64,000 nucleotides of DNA from an archaeon (GCA_020057405.1 JAGVFW010000004.1:64001-128000); one strand, 5' to 3'. Positions 36,073 to 46,175 are shown, counted from the stretch's first letter. Numbers and translations: made by a program. The notes: a model not told the origin generated them from the sequence alone.

Positions 36073-36855
36073 GTGGAGAATATTAGGAACGGATTGTATG
36101 CTTTGGCCATTGCGGTCGTGGCGTCCACCATTATATTGAGCGTGAGCCTTGGCAGCGCTGCAGGCACCATTTCAGAGGGCTTGGCGCAAGTCAAGGTCGG
36201 CGTGCCAGTAGCAGTCGGCGGAAGCGGAACTGGGGCCCAGCCTACGGTTGGAGTCCAGCAGCAGCCTACTGCAGAGCCTACTACGGTCCAGCAGGCCCCT
36301 CGCGGCAAGCTTGACTTGAGCAACGCGGCCAGCGAAGGCAGCAAGGACGCCAAGATAGTGCTTGTCGAGTACAGCGACTTCCAGTGCCCGTTCTGCGGCA
36401 GGTTCTACACCGGTGCCGAGGTCGAGATCAAGAAGAACTACATTGACACGGGGAAAGTGAGGCTGGTTTACAAGAACTTCCCGCTTGACAGCATCCACCC
36501 GAACGCAAGGCCGGCGGCTATTGCCTTTGAATGCGCTCGCCAAGATGACGAGGCCAAGGCGTGGCTGTTCCGCAACAAGATGTTCGAAAACCAGGGATCG
36601 CTTAGCGACGCCAGCTACGCCCAGTGGATAAAGGACGTTGGGCTTGACTCAGCCAAGTTCAGCACGTGCTACACCACAAAGGCAAGCGAGCCGGTTGTGA
36701 ACGCGCAATTCCAGGAAGGCGCCAACAACGGCATCCAGGGCACTCCGGGCTTCCTCATCACTGACGCAAGCGGCAACATCGTGTTGCCCGAAATCAGCGG
36801 CGCCCAGCCCTACGCGGTCTTCCAAGCCGCACTCGAGCAGGCCCTCAACGCGTAA
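36073..36855 (+). CDS. DsbA-family thioredoxin-fold oxidoreductase, membrane-anchored
   Basis: EYSDFQCPFC, NFPL..IHPNA, GIQGTPGF, SGAQP. Confidence 0.93.
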   Translation: MENIRNGLYALAIAVVASTIILSVSLGSAAGTISEGLAQVKVGVPVAVGGSGTGAQPTVGVQQQPTAEPTTVQQAPRGKLDLSNAASEGSKDAKIVLVEYSDFQCPFCGRFYTGAEVEIKKNYIDTGKVRLVYKNFPLDSIHPNARPAAIAFECARQDDEAKAWLFRNKMFENQGSLSDASYAQWIKDVGLDSAKFSTCYTTKASEPVVNAQFQEGANNGIQGTPGFLITDASGNIVLPEISGAQPYAVFQAALEQALNA

Positions 36856-36876
36856 GTAAAACGCCTTTTTCCCGCT

Positions 36877-36907
36877 AGGGGGGCTTCAACCCCCTTCTTT
36901 TATTTTA
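36877..36907 (+). terminator. Terminator-like hairpin after DsbA gene
   Basis: AGGGGG-GCTTCAA-CCCCCT followed by T-rich tract. Confidence 0.55.
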
Positions 36908-36928
36908 CAGCCCTTACTTGTAGTTAGC

Positions 36929-37474
36929 ATGAACCAGACTAACCCGTTCTTTAGCGGTGCGCGAGCCGACCTGATGGTGGCTTTCGGCACGGTTTTCGCC
37001 AAAGAACACTACCGCCTCTTAGCCATTGGCGCTGCCTTCGCCGCCGCCTTTGCCTTCATCTGGGTTCCGGTAGCAACAACGCCGGGTAACGACTTTGCAT
37101 TCTACTTTCGCATCACGCCGTGGTGGAACTACGTCTTTTTGTTGCTTTTCGCCGCAGGGTTTGGCTTCATGCTGCCAATGCAGGTCTACCTCCTGCGCCA
37201 AAAAGCGCCCCCCGCCAAGGAAAAGGCCAAGGGCCTGGCGCCCGTTGTCTCAAGCGCGCTTGCCGGAATTTACGCAACCGCGGCCTGCGCGGGATGCGTG
37301 ACGACCGTCTTTAGCTTCTTTGGCTTTGGCGGCGTGCTCTTCCTTTTAGAGTACCGCCTGCCACTGCTTGCCGTAAGCCTTGCCTTGCTTGCCGCAAGCG
37401 TCTACTACACGGCACGCCAGATTGCCGGCCACTGCCCCGAGTGCGCAGTCGTCTCGCCAAACAGGCAGGTTTAA
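36929..37474 (+). CDS. Membrane protein with intramembrane CxxC and C-terminal CPEC
   Basis: About 4 TM helices; ACAGC and HCPEC. Confidence 0.75.
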   Translation: MNQTNPFFSGARADLMVAFGTVFAKEHYRLLAIGAAFAAAFAFIWVPVATTPGNDFAFYFRITPWWNYVFLLLFAAGFGFMLPMQVYLLRQKAPPAKEKAKGLAPVVSSALAGIYATAACAGCVTTVFSFFGFGGVLFLLEYRLPLLAVSLALLAASVYYTARQIAGHCPECAVVSPNRQV

Positions 37475-37514
37475 ACTCTTTTTTCCACCTAAGTAGTTTC
37501 ACTAGTTCTGCGTT

Positions 37515-37587
37515 AGCCCCGTCGTCTAGTGGTCAAGGATAACAGGCTCTGAACCTGTGGACAGCGGTTCGAATCCGCTCGGGGCTA
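37515..37587 (+). tRNA. tRNA-Gln(CUG)
   Basis: AGCCCCG/CGGGGCT acceptor; ACAGG-CTCTGAA-CCTGT. Confidence 0.95.
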
Positions 37588-37619
37588 TTCTTAAATTCTT
37601 AGCGGCAGTCCACTGGCCT

Positions 37620-38003
37620 ATGAAGCCCGTCGTCAAGGAGCTGCTTAGCCGCCCGCTTTCCTGCGTCTTTTTCCACGGCCACCACCTGACTTTTTGCTTT
37701 GACGGCGAAAAGCATACTTACTTCATCAAGTTTGGCCACGCGAGGAACCATGTTGGCGAGTGGCACAGGCAACGGCCCGTGTTGTTCGTTGACGAGAAGC
37801 TAAAGGGCGACGACCGGCTCTCGATTGCCTTGCATGAGGCGATTGAGAAGCGAATGGCGCAAAAGTACGGCCTTGACGTCGATAGCGAGGCACACAAGGT
37901 CGCAGTCACCATCGAGCGAAAGTGGTACCGCATGCGGCACAAGAACTGGCGTTCCCACCAGATGAAGGTCTACTGGATTTGGAAAAAGCGGGGCGCGAAA
38001 TAG
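37620..38003 (+). CDS. Small basic protein with HExxE motif (zincin-like)
   Basis: IALHEAIE...AH pattern; His-rich N-terminus. Confidence 0.6.
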   Translation: MKPVVKELLSRPLSCVFFHGHHLTFCFDGEKHTYFIKFGHARNHVGEWHRQRPVLFVDEKLKGDDRLSIALHEAIEKRMAQKYGLDVDSEAHKVAVTIERKWYRMRHKNWRSHQMKVYWIWKKRGAK

Positions 38004-38034
38004 GTTAAAGAACAGGACGGGGACAAAACTGCTT

Positions 38035-38793
38035 GTGACTGGAGAAAAACGCGGACTGGAGTTTCGGACCGTCGTCGAGTGGCCGTTTTTCACAACCGCC
38101 CTTGGCAAACACTTTGGCGGCCTGCCCACAAAACAGAAGCAGGAAGCAATCGACAGAATCACCGACGCCATGTTGCAAGTGATTGACGCCCACGAGGGCA
38201 AAAAACGCGAGAGCGGCGGGCCATACATCGAGGGCCACGACCTGCCCGTGACATACTTTTACATGCAACTCGCCGACATGGCTGGCATAACGAAAGCAGA
38301 GCAGCCGATGGGAATTCAGGCTTCGCTTTTGCACGACGTAATCGAGAACCCCACTGACAAGCGCCTTCGGGACAAGTATCGCGCCCGGATTGCGCAAAAC
38401 TATCACCCCGATGTTGTTAAGATAGTGGAAGCGCTGACGAAAAGGCCTTACGATGACTTTGCGGGAGGCAAGAAACTCCAGCGCATTGCCCGCACGCAAG
38501 CGCACTTACAGGCGATTGCCGAGCTGCCCGAGGAATTGCGCAGGCACGCGCTTTTAATCAAGCTTGCCGACCGCATTCACAACATCCTCACGCTGCAGTA
38601 TTCTACTCCAGGCAAGCAAACGCGCTATTCGCGCGAGACGCGTGACGTATTCCTGCCGTTCTTCCGCACGCACTTGGGCGACGAGCTCACCGGCCACCTC
38701 GAACACGCCCTCTCACTTCACGTCAACCGGCGCGCATTAGGTACTATGCTGAAGCAAAAAGCCCCGGCGAAAAGGCCGACTAAGCGACTGTGA
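38035..38793 (+). CDS. Stand-alone RelA/SpoT-type HD hydrolase (Mesh1/small alarmone hydrolase-like)
   Basis: R.SG.PYI..H, ASLLHDVIEN, IVEALTK, IKLADRIHN. Confidence 0.85.
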   Translation: MTGEKRGLEFRTVVEWPFFTTALGKHFGGLPTKQKQEAIDRITDAMLQVIDAHEGKKRESGGPYIEGHDLPVTYFYMQLADMAGITKAEQPMGIQASLLHDVIENPTDKRLRDKYRARIAQNYHPDVVKIVEALTKRPYDDFAGGKKLQRIARTQAHLQAIAELPEELRRHALLIKLADRIHNILTLQYSTPGKQTRYSRETRDVFLPFFRTHLGDELTGHLEHALSLHVNRRALGTMLKQKAPAKRPTKRL

Positions 38794-38890
38794 AGAAAAA
38801 GCGTTTCGGTTACCTTGCAAAGCGAAGCTTTGCGAGGCGCGGCAAGGCTTTGCCTTGCCTGCGAGCTTTTCGAGGCCTAGCGCCGAACTG

Positions 38891-38971
38891 TTTTTTGATT
38901 AACCTTTTTCGAGCGCGAGAAGCGAGCCGCCAACCGGGGGCGGGAGCCTCGCAGCGCTAGGAAAAAGGTTA
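38891..38971. repeat. Dispersed palindromic element copy 2
   Basis: TAACCTTTTTC / GAAAAAGGTTA arms around the GCGAGAAGCGAGCCG..CGGGAGCCTCGCAGC core; extra hairpins at about 38813-38860. Confidence 0.75.
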
Positions 38972-38972
38972 G

Positions 38973-39045
38973 TGGGGTCGCCGCGATTTGAACGCGGATC
39001 GATAGCTCCCGAAGCTACCAGCATGCCAGGTTGGCCCACGACCCC
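38973..39045 (-). tRNA. tRNA-Pro(CGG)
   Basis: GGGGTCG/CGACCCC acceptor; GTAGC-TTCGGGA-GCTAT. Confidence 0.94.
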
Positions 39046-39087
39046 AGTGAAGTAATTGAGGGGCGTAAACGGTTTTAAGCCCCCAAC

Positions 39088-39762
39088 CTAAAGAGGATGA
39101 ATCCACTTCTGCCGCGAACGCCGCGGGTCGAATTCAACGCGCCGTTCGATATCCGCCTGGCGTAGGACGGCGTTGGAAAAATCCTCGGCCCACTGGCGGT
39201 TGGCAAACGTCACCCCGGCCCTGACCTTGGCAGCCCTCGCCCGTCCGGCTCCAACAAAATCCAGGTCGTAGCGGCCAATCGTCGTATCTCTTAACGTCGG
39301 GTTGACGTCAAGCTCCAAGTTTGCAGGCGTAACGAGGCGACGGGAACCGTCCTTGAGGCTCGCGCTCACTAAGTACGTTTCGAAATGGCTGTCTTGCGGC
39401 GGGACAAATTCTATGTACGCAGCGTGGCCTGCCGCAAGCCCGTGTCTAAGCTCTTCGTTTTCCATCACCAGCCGCTGGGCTTTCTCCTGAAGCTCGTCAA
39501 AGAACGGCTGATACTTCAGCTTTTCAACCTCGAAAGCGGATTGGTGCACGAAAATATCGGCGTCGCCTATAATGCGCTGCAGCTTGGGTGCTTCAGAGTG
39601 GGGCACGCGGAAGTTGAAGTTCAGACGGAAAGTATTGGCGTCTTCCTTAGTCAAGGCCAACTCCAGCCGCCGGCGCGCGTCACTGTCCAAAAGAGCCGAC
39701 TTGGCAGTTCGCGCCAGTACGCCGACGGCATGAATTAATTCCTCGTAATCATCGAATCGCAT
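39088..39762 (-). CDS. Hypothetical protein between two tRNAs
   Basis: 224-aa ORF from ATG 39762; no recognised motif. Confidence 0.6.
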   Translation of the reverse strand: MRFDDYEELIHAVGVLARTAKSALLDSDARRRLELALTKEDANTFRLNFNFRVPHSEAPKLQRIIGDADIFVHQSAFEVEKLKYQPFFDELQEKAQRLVMENEELRHGLAAGHAAYIEFVPPQDSHFETYLVSASLKDGSRRLVTPANLELDVNPTLRDTTIGRYDLDFVGAGRARAAKVRAGVTFANRQWAEDFSNAVLRQADIERRVEFDPRRSRQKWIHPL

Positions 39763-39797
39763 ACTGAACCTTGGGAAAACCAAAGAATAAAAGCAGG

Positions 39798-39872
39798 CGG
39801 GCCCGGTGGGATTTGAACCCACGGCATCCTGCTTAGAAGGCAGGCGCTCTGTCCAGGCTGAGCTACGGGCCC
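39798..39872 (-). tRNA. tRNA-Arg(UCU)
   Basis: GGGCCCG/CGGGCCC acceptor; CCTGC-CTTCTAA-GCAGG. Confidence 0.95.
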
Positions 39873-39926
39873 ACGATAATGTTGTGGAGGCGAGCGGTTT
39901 TATTCCCGCCCTCCCTTTCCTTATTC

Positions 39927-41210
39927 ATGAAAGCGGCAGGCCTGGAGTTCGACTTTACCCACTCTGGCATAACAAGCGCGAAAATAGCCCGGGCCAGCCG
40001 GCGCTTTGCGCCCATAGTCAAGTACGTCAACGGCACGATTGCAAAAAACGACTACTCAAACGACGCGGCCTCGCTCAACCTTCCCTCGGAAACGAAGTTC
40101 TTGCGCGAGTCGCGGTCGCTCGCGCGCGAGTTCTCGGGCGCTGATGCACTCGTCATGGTCGGCATAGGCGGCTCGAATCTCGGCACCTCGGCCGTTTTGC
40201 AGGCAGTCAAAGGCAGTTACTATAATCTCGAGAATCCCGACAAGCAAGTGTTTTTTGCCGACACTACTGACTCGCGCTCGATTGCTGCAATCGCCAGGCT
40301 GGTATCCTCAAAGAAGAAAGTCGTCATCAACGCAGTGTCAAAGTCCGGCTCTACTACCGAGACAATCGCCAATTTCCGAGTGCTGAAAAATCACTTGCCC
40401 AAAGCGAAAATCATCGTGACTACCGACGCGGGCTCGAAGTTCGAGGCGGCTGCCAAGGCAAATGGCTACCCCACGCTCGAAATCCCGTCCAAAGTCGGCG
40501 GCAGGTATTCCGTCTTCTCCAATGTCGGCCTCTTTCCGCTTGCCTGGGTGGGACTCGACTGCCACGCCCTGCTTGCAGGAGCCAAGGAAATGCGCGACTC
40601 TTGCCTCAGGAACGAAGAAAACCCGGCCTCTGCGATGGCCGTGCTCTTGCACGCAAACGCAATGGCAGGAAGGCGCATTCACGACCACTTCCTCTTCGCA
40701 AGCGACCTCGAAGGCGTCGGCAAGTGGTATCGCCAACTGCTTGGGGAAAGCATCGGGAAAGAGTGGGACTATTACGGCAAGCGCCGCGTGCGCACTGGCA
40801 TCACGCCAACAGTCTCAATTGGCTCTACTGACCTTCACTCTGTTGGCCAGCTCTATTTTGGCGGCCCGCGGGACAAGTTCTTCCGCGTCGTGAGCGTCGC
40901 TGGCGAGAAGACTTCTCCCAAAGTGCTTCCTGAGCGGGCTTTTGACAAGCTCGCGCCAGGCATTTCGGGCAAGTCGCTTGACAAGATAATGAACGCCATT
41001 GTCGAGGGGACGAAGGGCGCGATGAGAAAGCAGGGCCTGCCTTACGCAAGCGTGCAACTGCCCGACTTGAAGGAACACACAATCGGCGCGCTCTTGCAGG
41101 AAGAAATGCTCGAGACCATGCTCTTGGGCGAGCTTTTCGCCGTCAACCCGTTCGACCAGCCGGCAGTCGAAAGCTACAAGCAAGAGACACGGCGTCTGCT
41201 GTCAAGGTAA
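39927..41210 (+). CDS. pgi: Glucose-6-phosphate isomerase (bacterial PGI family)
   Basis: GIGGSNLG, SKSGSTTET, VGGRYSV, QLLGESIGK, DLHSVGQ, NPFDQPAVE. Confidence 0.95.
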   Translation: MKAAGLEFDFTHSGITSAKIARASRRFAPIVKYVNGTIAKNDYSNDAASLNLPSETKFLRESRSLAREFSGADALVMVGIGGSNLGTSAVLQAVKGSYYNLENPDKQVFFADTTDSRSIAAIARLVSSKKKVVINAVSKSGSTTETIANFRVLKNHLPKAKIIVTTDAGSKFEAAAKANGYPTLEIPSKVGGRYSVFSNVGLFPLAWVGLDCHALLAGAKEMRDSCLRNEENPASAMAVLLHANAMAGRRIHDHFLFASDLEGVGKWYRQLLGESIGKEWDYYGKRRVRTGITPTVSIGSTDLHSVGQLYFGGPRDKFFRVVSVAGEKTSPKVLPERAFDKLAPGISGKSLDKIMNAIVEGTKGAMRKQGLPYASVQLPDLKEHTIGALLQEEMLETMLLGELFAVNPFDQPAVESYKQETRRLLSR

Positions 41211-41231
41211 ATAAGCTCTTGCGATACCTAT

Positions 41232-41870
41232 TTGCGCGAGGGACTCAAATTGCCTGAACGATTCTATTCCAAATCGCCGCAGACTGAATACACGCCTACG
41301 GTAAAGCACTTCATCGGCACCGTCTTTCCAGCGGAAGTTAGGGGCAAAGAGGACCTTGAGCAGCTGCTAGAAGCAGTCAAGCGGGAAATCCCGTTCAAGA
41401 AAGACCTGGCGGAAGTCGAGTCATTCAATCCGGAGCTCAACGAAAGCCTAGACATTGCGAAAGAAAACCGCGAGGACATGGAACACCCCGAAATCCACGC
41501 GCTTGTCCCAGGCGTGCGCAGCGCCGAAGAAATAATCGAAGACGGATTCGTAAGCCACTACTACCCCTGCACGGACTACAACACAGTAATCATGGCCGTG
41601 CTAAGGGCAAAGGGAATCAAATGCAGACTGACTCGCATCATTTCCCAAAAAGCCGTGCACCAAACTTGCTTCACCGAGCTTGAACTCGGCGAAAAACACT
41701 ATCGCGTTCATCCGGTCAAGGAAGGACTCACGGGCCCAGAAATCAAAGAAGGCCTGCTTCAGAAAGAAAGAGCGGAACAGCGCCTGATTACCTCCGAAGA
41801 CCACGAGACAAGCGGCATCAACCTGTACAACCTAATAACTGGCCTTAACCGCATTCGCGGTAAGCCGTGA
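41232..41870 (+). CDS. Transglutaminase-like domain protein
   Basis: SAEEII..G....CTDY.....A.LRAKGIKCR followed by H....E pattern. Confidence 0.7.
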   Translation: MREGLKLPERFYSKSPQTEYTPTVKHFIGTVFPAEVRGKEDLEQLLEAVKREIPFKKDLAEVESFNPELNESLDIAKENREDMEHPEIHALVPGVRSAEEIIEDGFVSHYYPCTDYNTVIMAVLRAKGIKCRLTRIISQKAVHQTCFTELELGEKHYRVHPVKEGLTGPEIKEGLLQKERAEQRLITSEDHETSGINLYNLITGLNRIRGKP

Positions 41871-41927
41871 AAAAGAAAACCATGCCCAGCTAGTTAAGTT
41901 AATTAATTCTTGAGGGCAGATTAGCGC

Positions 41928-42344
41928 ATGCCTGCCGAACCCATCCCGCATCCTGTGCTCATAGCACGACTCAAGGCGCCCGAAAAGCACTTTCCCAACG
42001 AAAGTGCCAATGTGCACGCCTTTTCAAGGCTCCTTGCCAGGCAATTCGAGCAAATATTTAAAGAAACTCCCGGGCACGTCAACCCAAAGACCTTCACCAC
42101 AAACGCAATTTTGCTCACCGGCCGGCTTGAAGCCATGCACGATTATGACCTTCAGGCAACGCTCGGAATCGAACCAACTGAGTTAGCTGACGCAAGAAAT
42201 CTCTTTGGCCTCGAACACGAAGACTTTGACGCAATAGTGAAAAGCATCCCCCGAGTCGCCGGGGCAGTAGCCTCCTCGGCCTTTGGGCAAGAAGTTCAAA
42301 AATATCTTAGCGACTACATCGAAAAAAGAAAGAAGCCGGGATAA
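41928..42344 (+). CDS. Hypothetical protein
   Basis: 138-aa ATG ORF downstream of an AT-rich promoter-like stretch. Confidence 0.55.
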   Translation: MPAEPIPHPVLIARLKAPEKHFPNESANVHAFSRLLARQFEQIFKETPGHVNPKTFTTNAILLTGRLEAMHDYDLQATLGIEPTELADARNLFGLEHEDFDAIVKSIPRVAGAVASSAFGQEVQKYLSDYIEKRKKPG

Positions 42345-42406
42345 GCGAATCGAAAGAAAGTAAAAAAAATCGGCCGTTCGCACGGCCGCTGTTTTTAGAA
42401 AACGAG

Positions 42407-42482
42407 TTTTGGTGAAGCTTTTCGAGGGCGAGAAGCGAGCCGGCGACAAAGCCGGAAGCCTCGCAGCCCGAAGAAAAGGTTC
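42407..42482. repeat. Dispersed palindromic element copy 3
   Basis: TTTTGGTGAAGCTTTTC...GAAAAGGTTC with the same GCGAGAAGCGAGCCG..CGGAAGCCTCGCAGC core. Confidence 0.75.
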
Positions 42483-42483
42483 C

Positions 42484-44130
42484 CTACATGTCCATGCCGC
42501 CCATGCCACCGCCTTGCGGCATTTGGGGCTTGCCGCGGCTTGCGATGATGTCGTCGATGCGCAGGATGAGCTCGGTGACTTCGCTGCCGGACTGGATGGC
42601 CTGCTTCTTGACCTTCATGGGCTCGATGACGCCTAGCTTCTTCATGTCGTCAATCTTGCCGTGAAGCACGTCTACGCCGGCGACGTTGCCGGATTTCTCG
42701 TGCTTGGTTCGAAGGTCAACGAGCGTGTCGATGGCGTCCATGCCGCAGCTTTCAGCAAGCGTACGGGGGATGACTTCGAGTGCCTCGGCAAAAGCGGTGA
42801 TGGCAAGCTGCTCGCGTCCGCCCACTTCGATTGCGTACTTGCGCAAGCGCATGGCAAGCGCCATCTCGGTGCTTCCACCGCCTGTGACGTACTTGCCCTC
42901 TTCAAGGGCGCTGGTTACAGAGCCGATTGCGTCGGTAAGTGCGCGCTCGGCCTCGTCGACCACGTGCTCGGAACCGCCGCGCACCAGAATGGTGACGCTC
43001 TTCGGGTCCTTGCATTTCTCGACGAAAACCATGTGCTCGCCTGAAATCTTGCGCTCCTCGACTGCACCGGCCTTGCCCAGGTCGGCTGCGTTCAAGTCGT
43101 CAAGCGTTGTGACAATCTTCGAGCCGGTTGCGCGGACGAGCTTTTCCATGTCGCTCTTCTTCACGCGCCGTGCCGCGAGGATGCCGCGCTTGGCTAGGTA
43201 GTGCTGCGCGACATCGTCAATGCCCTTTTGGCAGAAGAGGACGTTTGCGCCCGTTGCTGCAACTTTCTCGACCATGTCCTTTAGGACCTTTTCCTCGTGC
43301 TCGAGGTAGGCGGTGAGTTGCTCTGGTGCGGTAATCTGGATGCGCGCGTCGGTCTCGGGCTTCTCGATCTCGAGTGCCACGTCGACGAGTGCAATCCTTG
43401 CGTTCTCGATGCGCTTTGGCATTCCCGGGTGCACGACTTCCTTATCGATGAGCACGCCGTTAATCACTTGAGTCTGCATGACGTCGCCGCCCTGCTTCTT
43501 TTCGAGTTTGATGTAGTCCTTGTCAATGATAATCTTGCCGTCGCGGGTTTCCGCAACCTGAACGACTGCGTTGACTACCATCTCGGCGAGCACGTCCTTT
43601 GCGGTGCCGTGACCGATGGTCTTGCTGCCCATGCTGATTGCGGCAATGCGCTGAAGCAACTTCTTCTCGTCCATGCCGATGGGCGTGCTGATTTGCCCTA
43701 GGATTTCGATTGACTTTTGCGCGGCTGCCTTGTAGCCGTTGATAATCGTGGAGGCGTGGATGCCCTGGTCGAGCAAGTCAACGCTGTTTTTGAGCATTTC
43801 GCCGGCGAGGACAACTGCGGTGGTCGTTCCGTCGCCGACTTCGTCGTCCTGCGTTTTCGCGATTTCGACCATCATCTTGCCGGCCGGGTGCTCGATGTTC
43901 ATTTCTTTCAGGATGGTGGCGCCGTCATTCGTGATGACGATATCGCCCATCTCGCTAACGAGCATCTTGTCCATGCCGCGTGGACCGAGAGTCGACTTTA
44001 CTGCGTTGGCAACTGCCACGCCGACTGCAATGTTTGAGCGCTGTGCGTCGCGACCGATAACGCGCGAGCTGCCTTCAGGCAAAATGAGTACCTGCTGACC
44101 GCCTATTTGACCCTGCTGAATTGATGCCAT
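42484..44130 (-). CDS. ths: Thermosome (group II chaperonin) subunit
   Basis: [31 protein letters not shown]-rich tail. Confidence 0.97.
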   Translation of the reverse strand: MASIQQGQIGGQQVLILPEGSSRVIGRDAQRSNIAVGVAVANAVKSTLGPRGMDKMLVSEMGDIVITNDGATILKEMNIEHPAGKMMVEIAKTQDDEVGDGTTTAVVLAGEMLKNSVDLLDQGIHASTIINGYKAAAQKSIEILGQISTPIGMDEKKLLQRIAAISMGSKTIGHGTAKDVLAEMVVNAVVQVAETRDGKIIIDKDYIKLEKKQGGDVMQTQVINGVLIDKEVVHPGMPKRIENARIALVDVALEIEKPETDARIQITAPEQLTAYLEHEEKVLKDMVEKVAATGANVLFCQKGIDDVAQHYLAKRGILAARRVKKSDMEKLVRATGSKIVTTLDDLNAADLGKAGAVEERKISGEHMVFVEKCKDPKSVTILVRGGSEHVVDEAERALTDAIGSVTSALEEGKYVTGGGSTEMALAMRLRKYAIEVGGREQLAITAFAEALEVIPRTLAESCGMDAIDTLVDLRTKHEKSGNVAGVDVLHGKIDDMKKLGVIEPMKVKKQAIQSGSEVTELILRIDDIIASRGKPQMPQGGGMGGMDM

Positions 44131-44265
44131 AGAAACCACCCCAAAATAAAACACTGCTAAATGCAAGCTGGAAAGCCAACCAAGCAAAACCAGTACAATA
44201 TATAGAATGCCGAAAAGCATTTAAAAACACTTTTGCGGGGCACAGCCGGGATTCCGTAGCGCAAG

Positions 44266-46008
44266 TCAGGCTTTTGCCGGGGGTTTGCCAAGCGCGTCCG
44301 GCTTGAGCCTCGCTTCAAGGATTGCCTTGACTTTAGCCAGCTGCGCGGGGTCGACTTTCGTGAAAAGCGGCTTGATTTCCGCCATTGGCGCAATCTCGTG
44401 GCCCGCGGGCAGCTTTTGCTCAGCTGCTGAATTCCAGCTTGAGCCCTCGATTGAGCCGAGCTTTAGGTAGTCGAAAATCTTTTGCGAAGAGGACGGAATG
44501 AAGGGTTGCAGAACCACGGCAAGTGAGCGCACGGCTTGCAGAGTCATGAAAACGGTCGTCGCTGCTTTCCGCTTGCCTTCCTCGCCTTCCTTGACTTTCT
44601 TCCAAGGCTCGCCGTCGTTGAAGTACTTGTTAGACTCGTGGGCAATCTGCATGGCTTCGCGCAGCGCTTCCTGCCATCGGTAGGCGTAGAAGGACTCCTC
44701 GCTTGAGGCGACCTGTTTTTTGACTGCGCGCCAGAAATCGTTGTCGGCAGGTTGCAGCTCGCCCGGCGCAGGCACTTTTCCTTCAAAGTTCATGTGCGTG
44801 AAAGAAAGGCAGCGGTGCACTAGGTTACCTACGGCATCGGCCAGGTCCTTGTTGCTTTTTTGCATGAGTTCGTGCAGCGAAAAGTCCGCGTCGCCCTGCT
44901 CGGGCAGGATACTGCACAAGTAATACCGCCAGTAGTCGGCGGGGAACCACTCTAGCGCCTCGTCGGAGTTTATTCCCCAGTTGCGCGAGGTGGAAAACTT
45001 CTTGCCCTCGAGGTTTAGAAACTCTAGTGACTTGACTTGCGAGGGGAGGTCGGCATAACCGCTTGCCATAAGCATTGACGGCCAGATGACGGTGTGGAAG
45101 GCAAGATTGTCTTTTCCAAGGACGTTAACTATTTTGCAGTCGCGGTTCTTCCAGTAGTGCTCCCAAAGCGCGGAGTCGCCCTTTGTTCTTGCCCACTCTT
45201 TTGTGAACGACACGTAGCCGATGGGAGCGTCGAACCACACGTAGAAGACCTTGTCTTCGTACCCCGGCATCGGGACCTTGACGCCCCATGAGAGGTCGCG
45301 GGTGATGCACCGCTCGTGCAGGCCCTGCGCAATCCATTGCAGCGCGAAGTTGCGCGCATTTTGCGGCCACTGCTCCTGTTCAGTAATCCACGTTTTTAGT
45401 TGGCCGGATAGTTTTTGCAGCTGCAAAAACAAGTGCTTGGTCTTGCGGAACTCTATTTCGCTTTTCCCGCACACGTTGCAGTGGGGCTTCTTGAGGTCAA
45501 TTGGGTCAAGCACTTTTCCGCACTTCTCGCACTGGTCGCCGCGGGCGCCCTCAAAGCCGCAGTGCGGGCACGTGCCCTCAATGTACCGGTCGGGCAGGAA
45601 TCGCTTGTCGAACAGGCAGTAGGGCGTCTGCATTTCCTTCTCGATGACGTAGCCCTTGTCGTAAATTGCCTTGAAAATTTCTTGAGTCGTCGCGTGGTTC
45701 TCGCCGGAACTTGTGCGGCCGAAGTAGTCAAACGACAGGCCCCACTTTCCGTAAATCTCCTTTTGTTTCGCGTGGTACTTGTCGGCGAAAGCCTGCACGG
45801 GAACGCCGGCCTTGAGGGCCGCGACTTCGATTGTGGTGCCGTGCTCGTCGGTGCCGCAAACGTAAATCACGTCAGCGCCCTGGAGGCGCAGGAAGCGCGC
45901 GTAGACGTCGGCGGGAAGCAGGCTGCCGACCAGGTTGCCGATGTGCTTGACGCCGTTGGCGTACGGCAGGGCGCTTAACACGAGGTAAACTGGCTTGTCT
46001 TCTGGCAT
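44266..46008 (-). CDS. metG: Methionine--tRNA ligase
   Basis: SALPYANG..HIGN, GTDEHG, Zn knuckles, YVWFDA, KFSTS. Confidence 0.97.
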   Translation of the reverse strand: MPEDKPVYLVLSALPYANGVKHIGNLVGSLLPADVYARFLRLQGADVIYVCGTDEHGTTIEVAALKAGVPVQAFADKYHAKQKEIYGKWGLSFDYFGRTSSGENHATTQEIFKAIYDKGYVIEKEMQTPYCLFDKRFLPDRYIEGTCPHCGFEGARGDQCEKCGKVLDPIDLKKPHCNVCGKSEIEFRKTKHLFLQLQKLSGQLKTWITEQEQWPQNARNFALQWIAQGLHERCITRDLSWGVKVPMPGYEDKVFYVWFDAPIGYVSFTKEWARTKGDSALWEHYWKNRDCKIVNVLGKDNLAFHTVIWPSMLMASGYADLPSQVKSLEFLNLEGKKFSTSRNWGINSDEALEWFPADYWRYYLCSILPEQGDADFSLHELMQKSNKDLADAVGNLVHRCLSFTHMNFEGKVPAPGELQPADNDFWRAVKKQVASSEESFYAYRWQEALREAMQIAHESNKYFNDGEPWKKVKEGEEGKRKAATTVFMTLQAVRSLAVVLQPFIPSSSQKIFDYLKLGSIEGSSWNSAAEQKLPAGHEIAPMAEIKPLFTKVDPAQLAKVKAILEARLKPDALGKPPAKA

Positions 46009-46090
46009 CGGAATCACTCAAAAACTCTTGTGCCACCAACTATTATTTATAGCAATAGAAGCCCGAAATTACTAGAGAACTTATTCTGGC

Positions 46091-46165
46091 GCTCCAATCG
46101 TCTAGTCCGGTCAAGGACACTGGCCTTTCAAGCCAGCGACTCGGGTTCAAATCCCGATTGGAGCA
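46091..46165 (+). tRNA. tRNA-Glu(UUC)
   Basis: GCTCCAA/TTGGAGC acceptor; CTGGC-CTTTCAA-GCCAG. Confidence 0.95.
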
Positions 46166-46175
46166 CTTCAACTCC

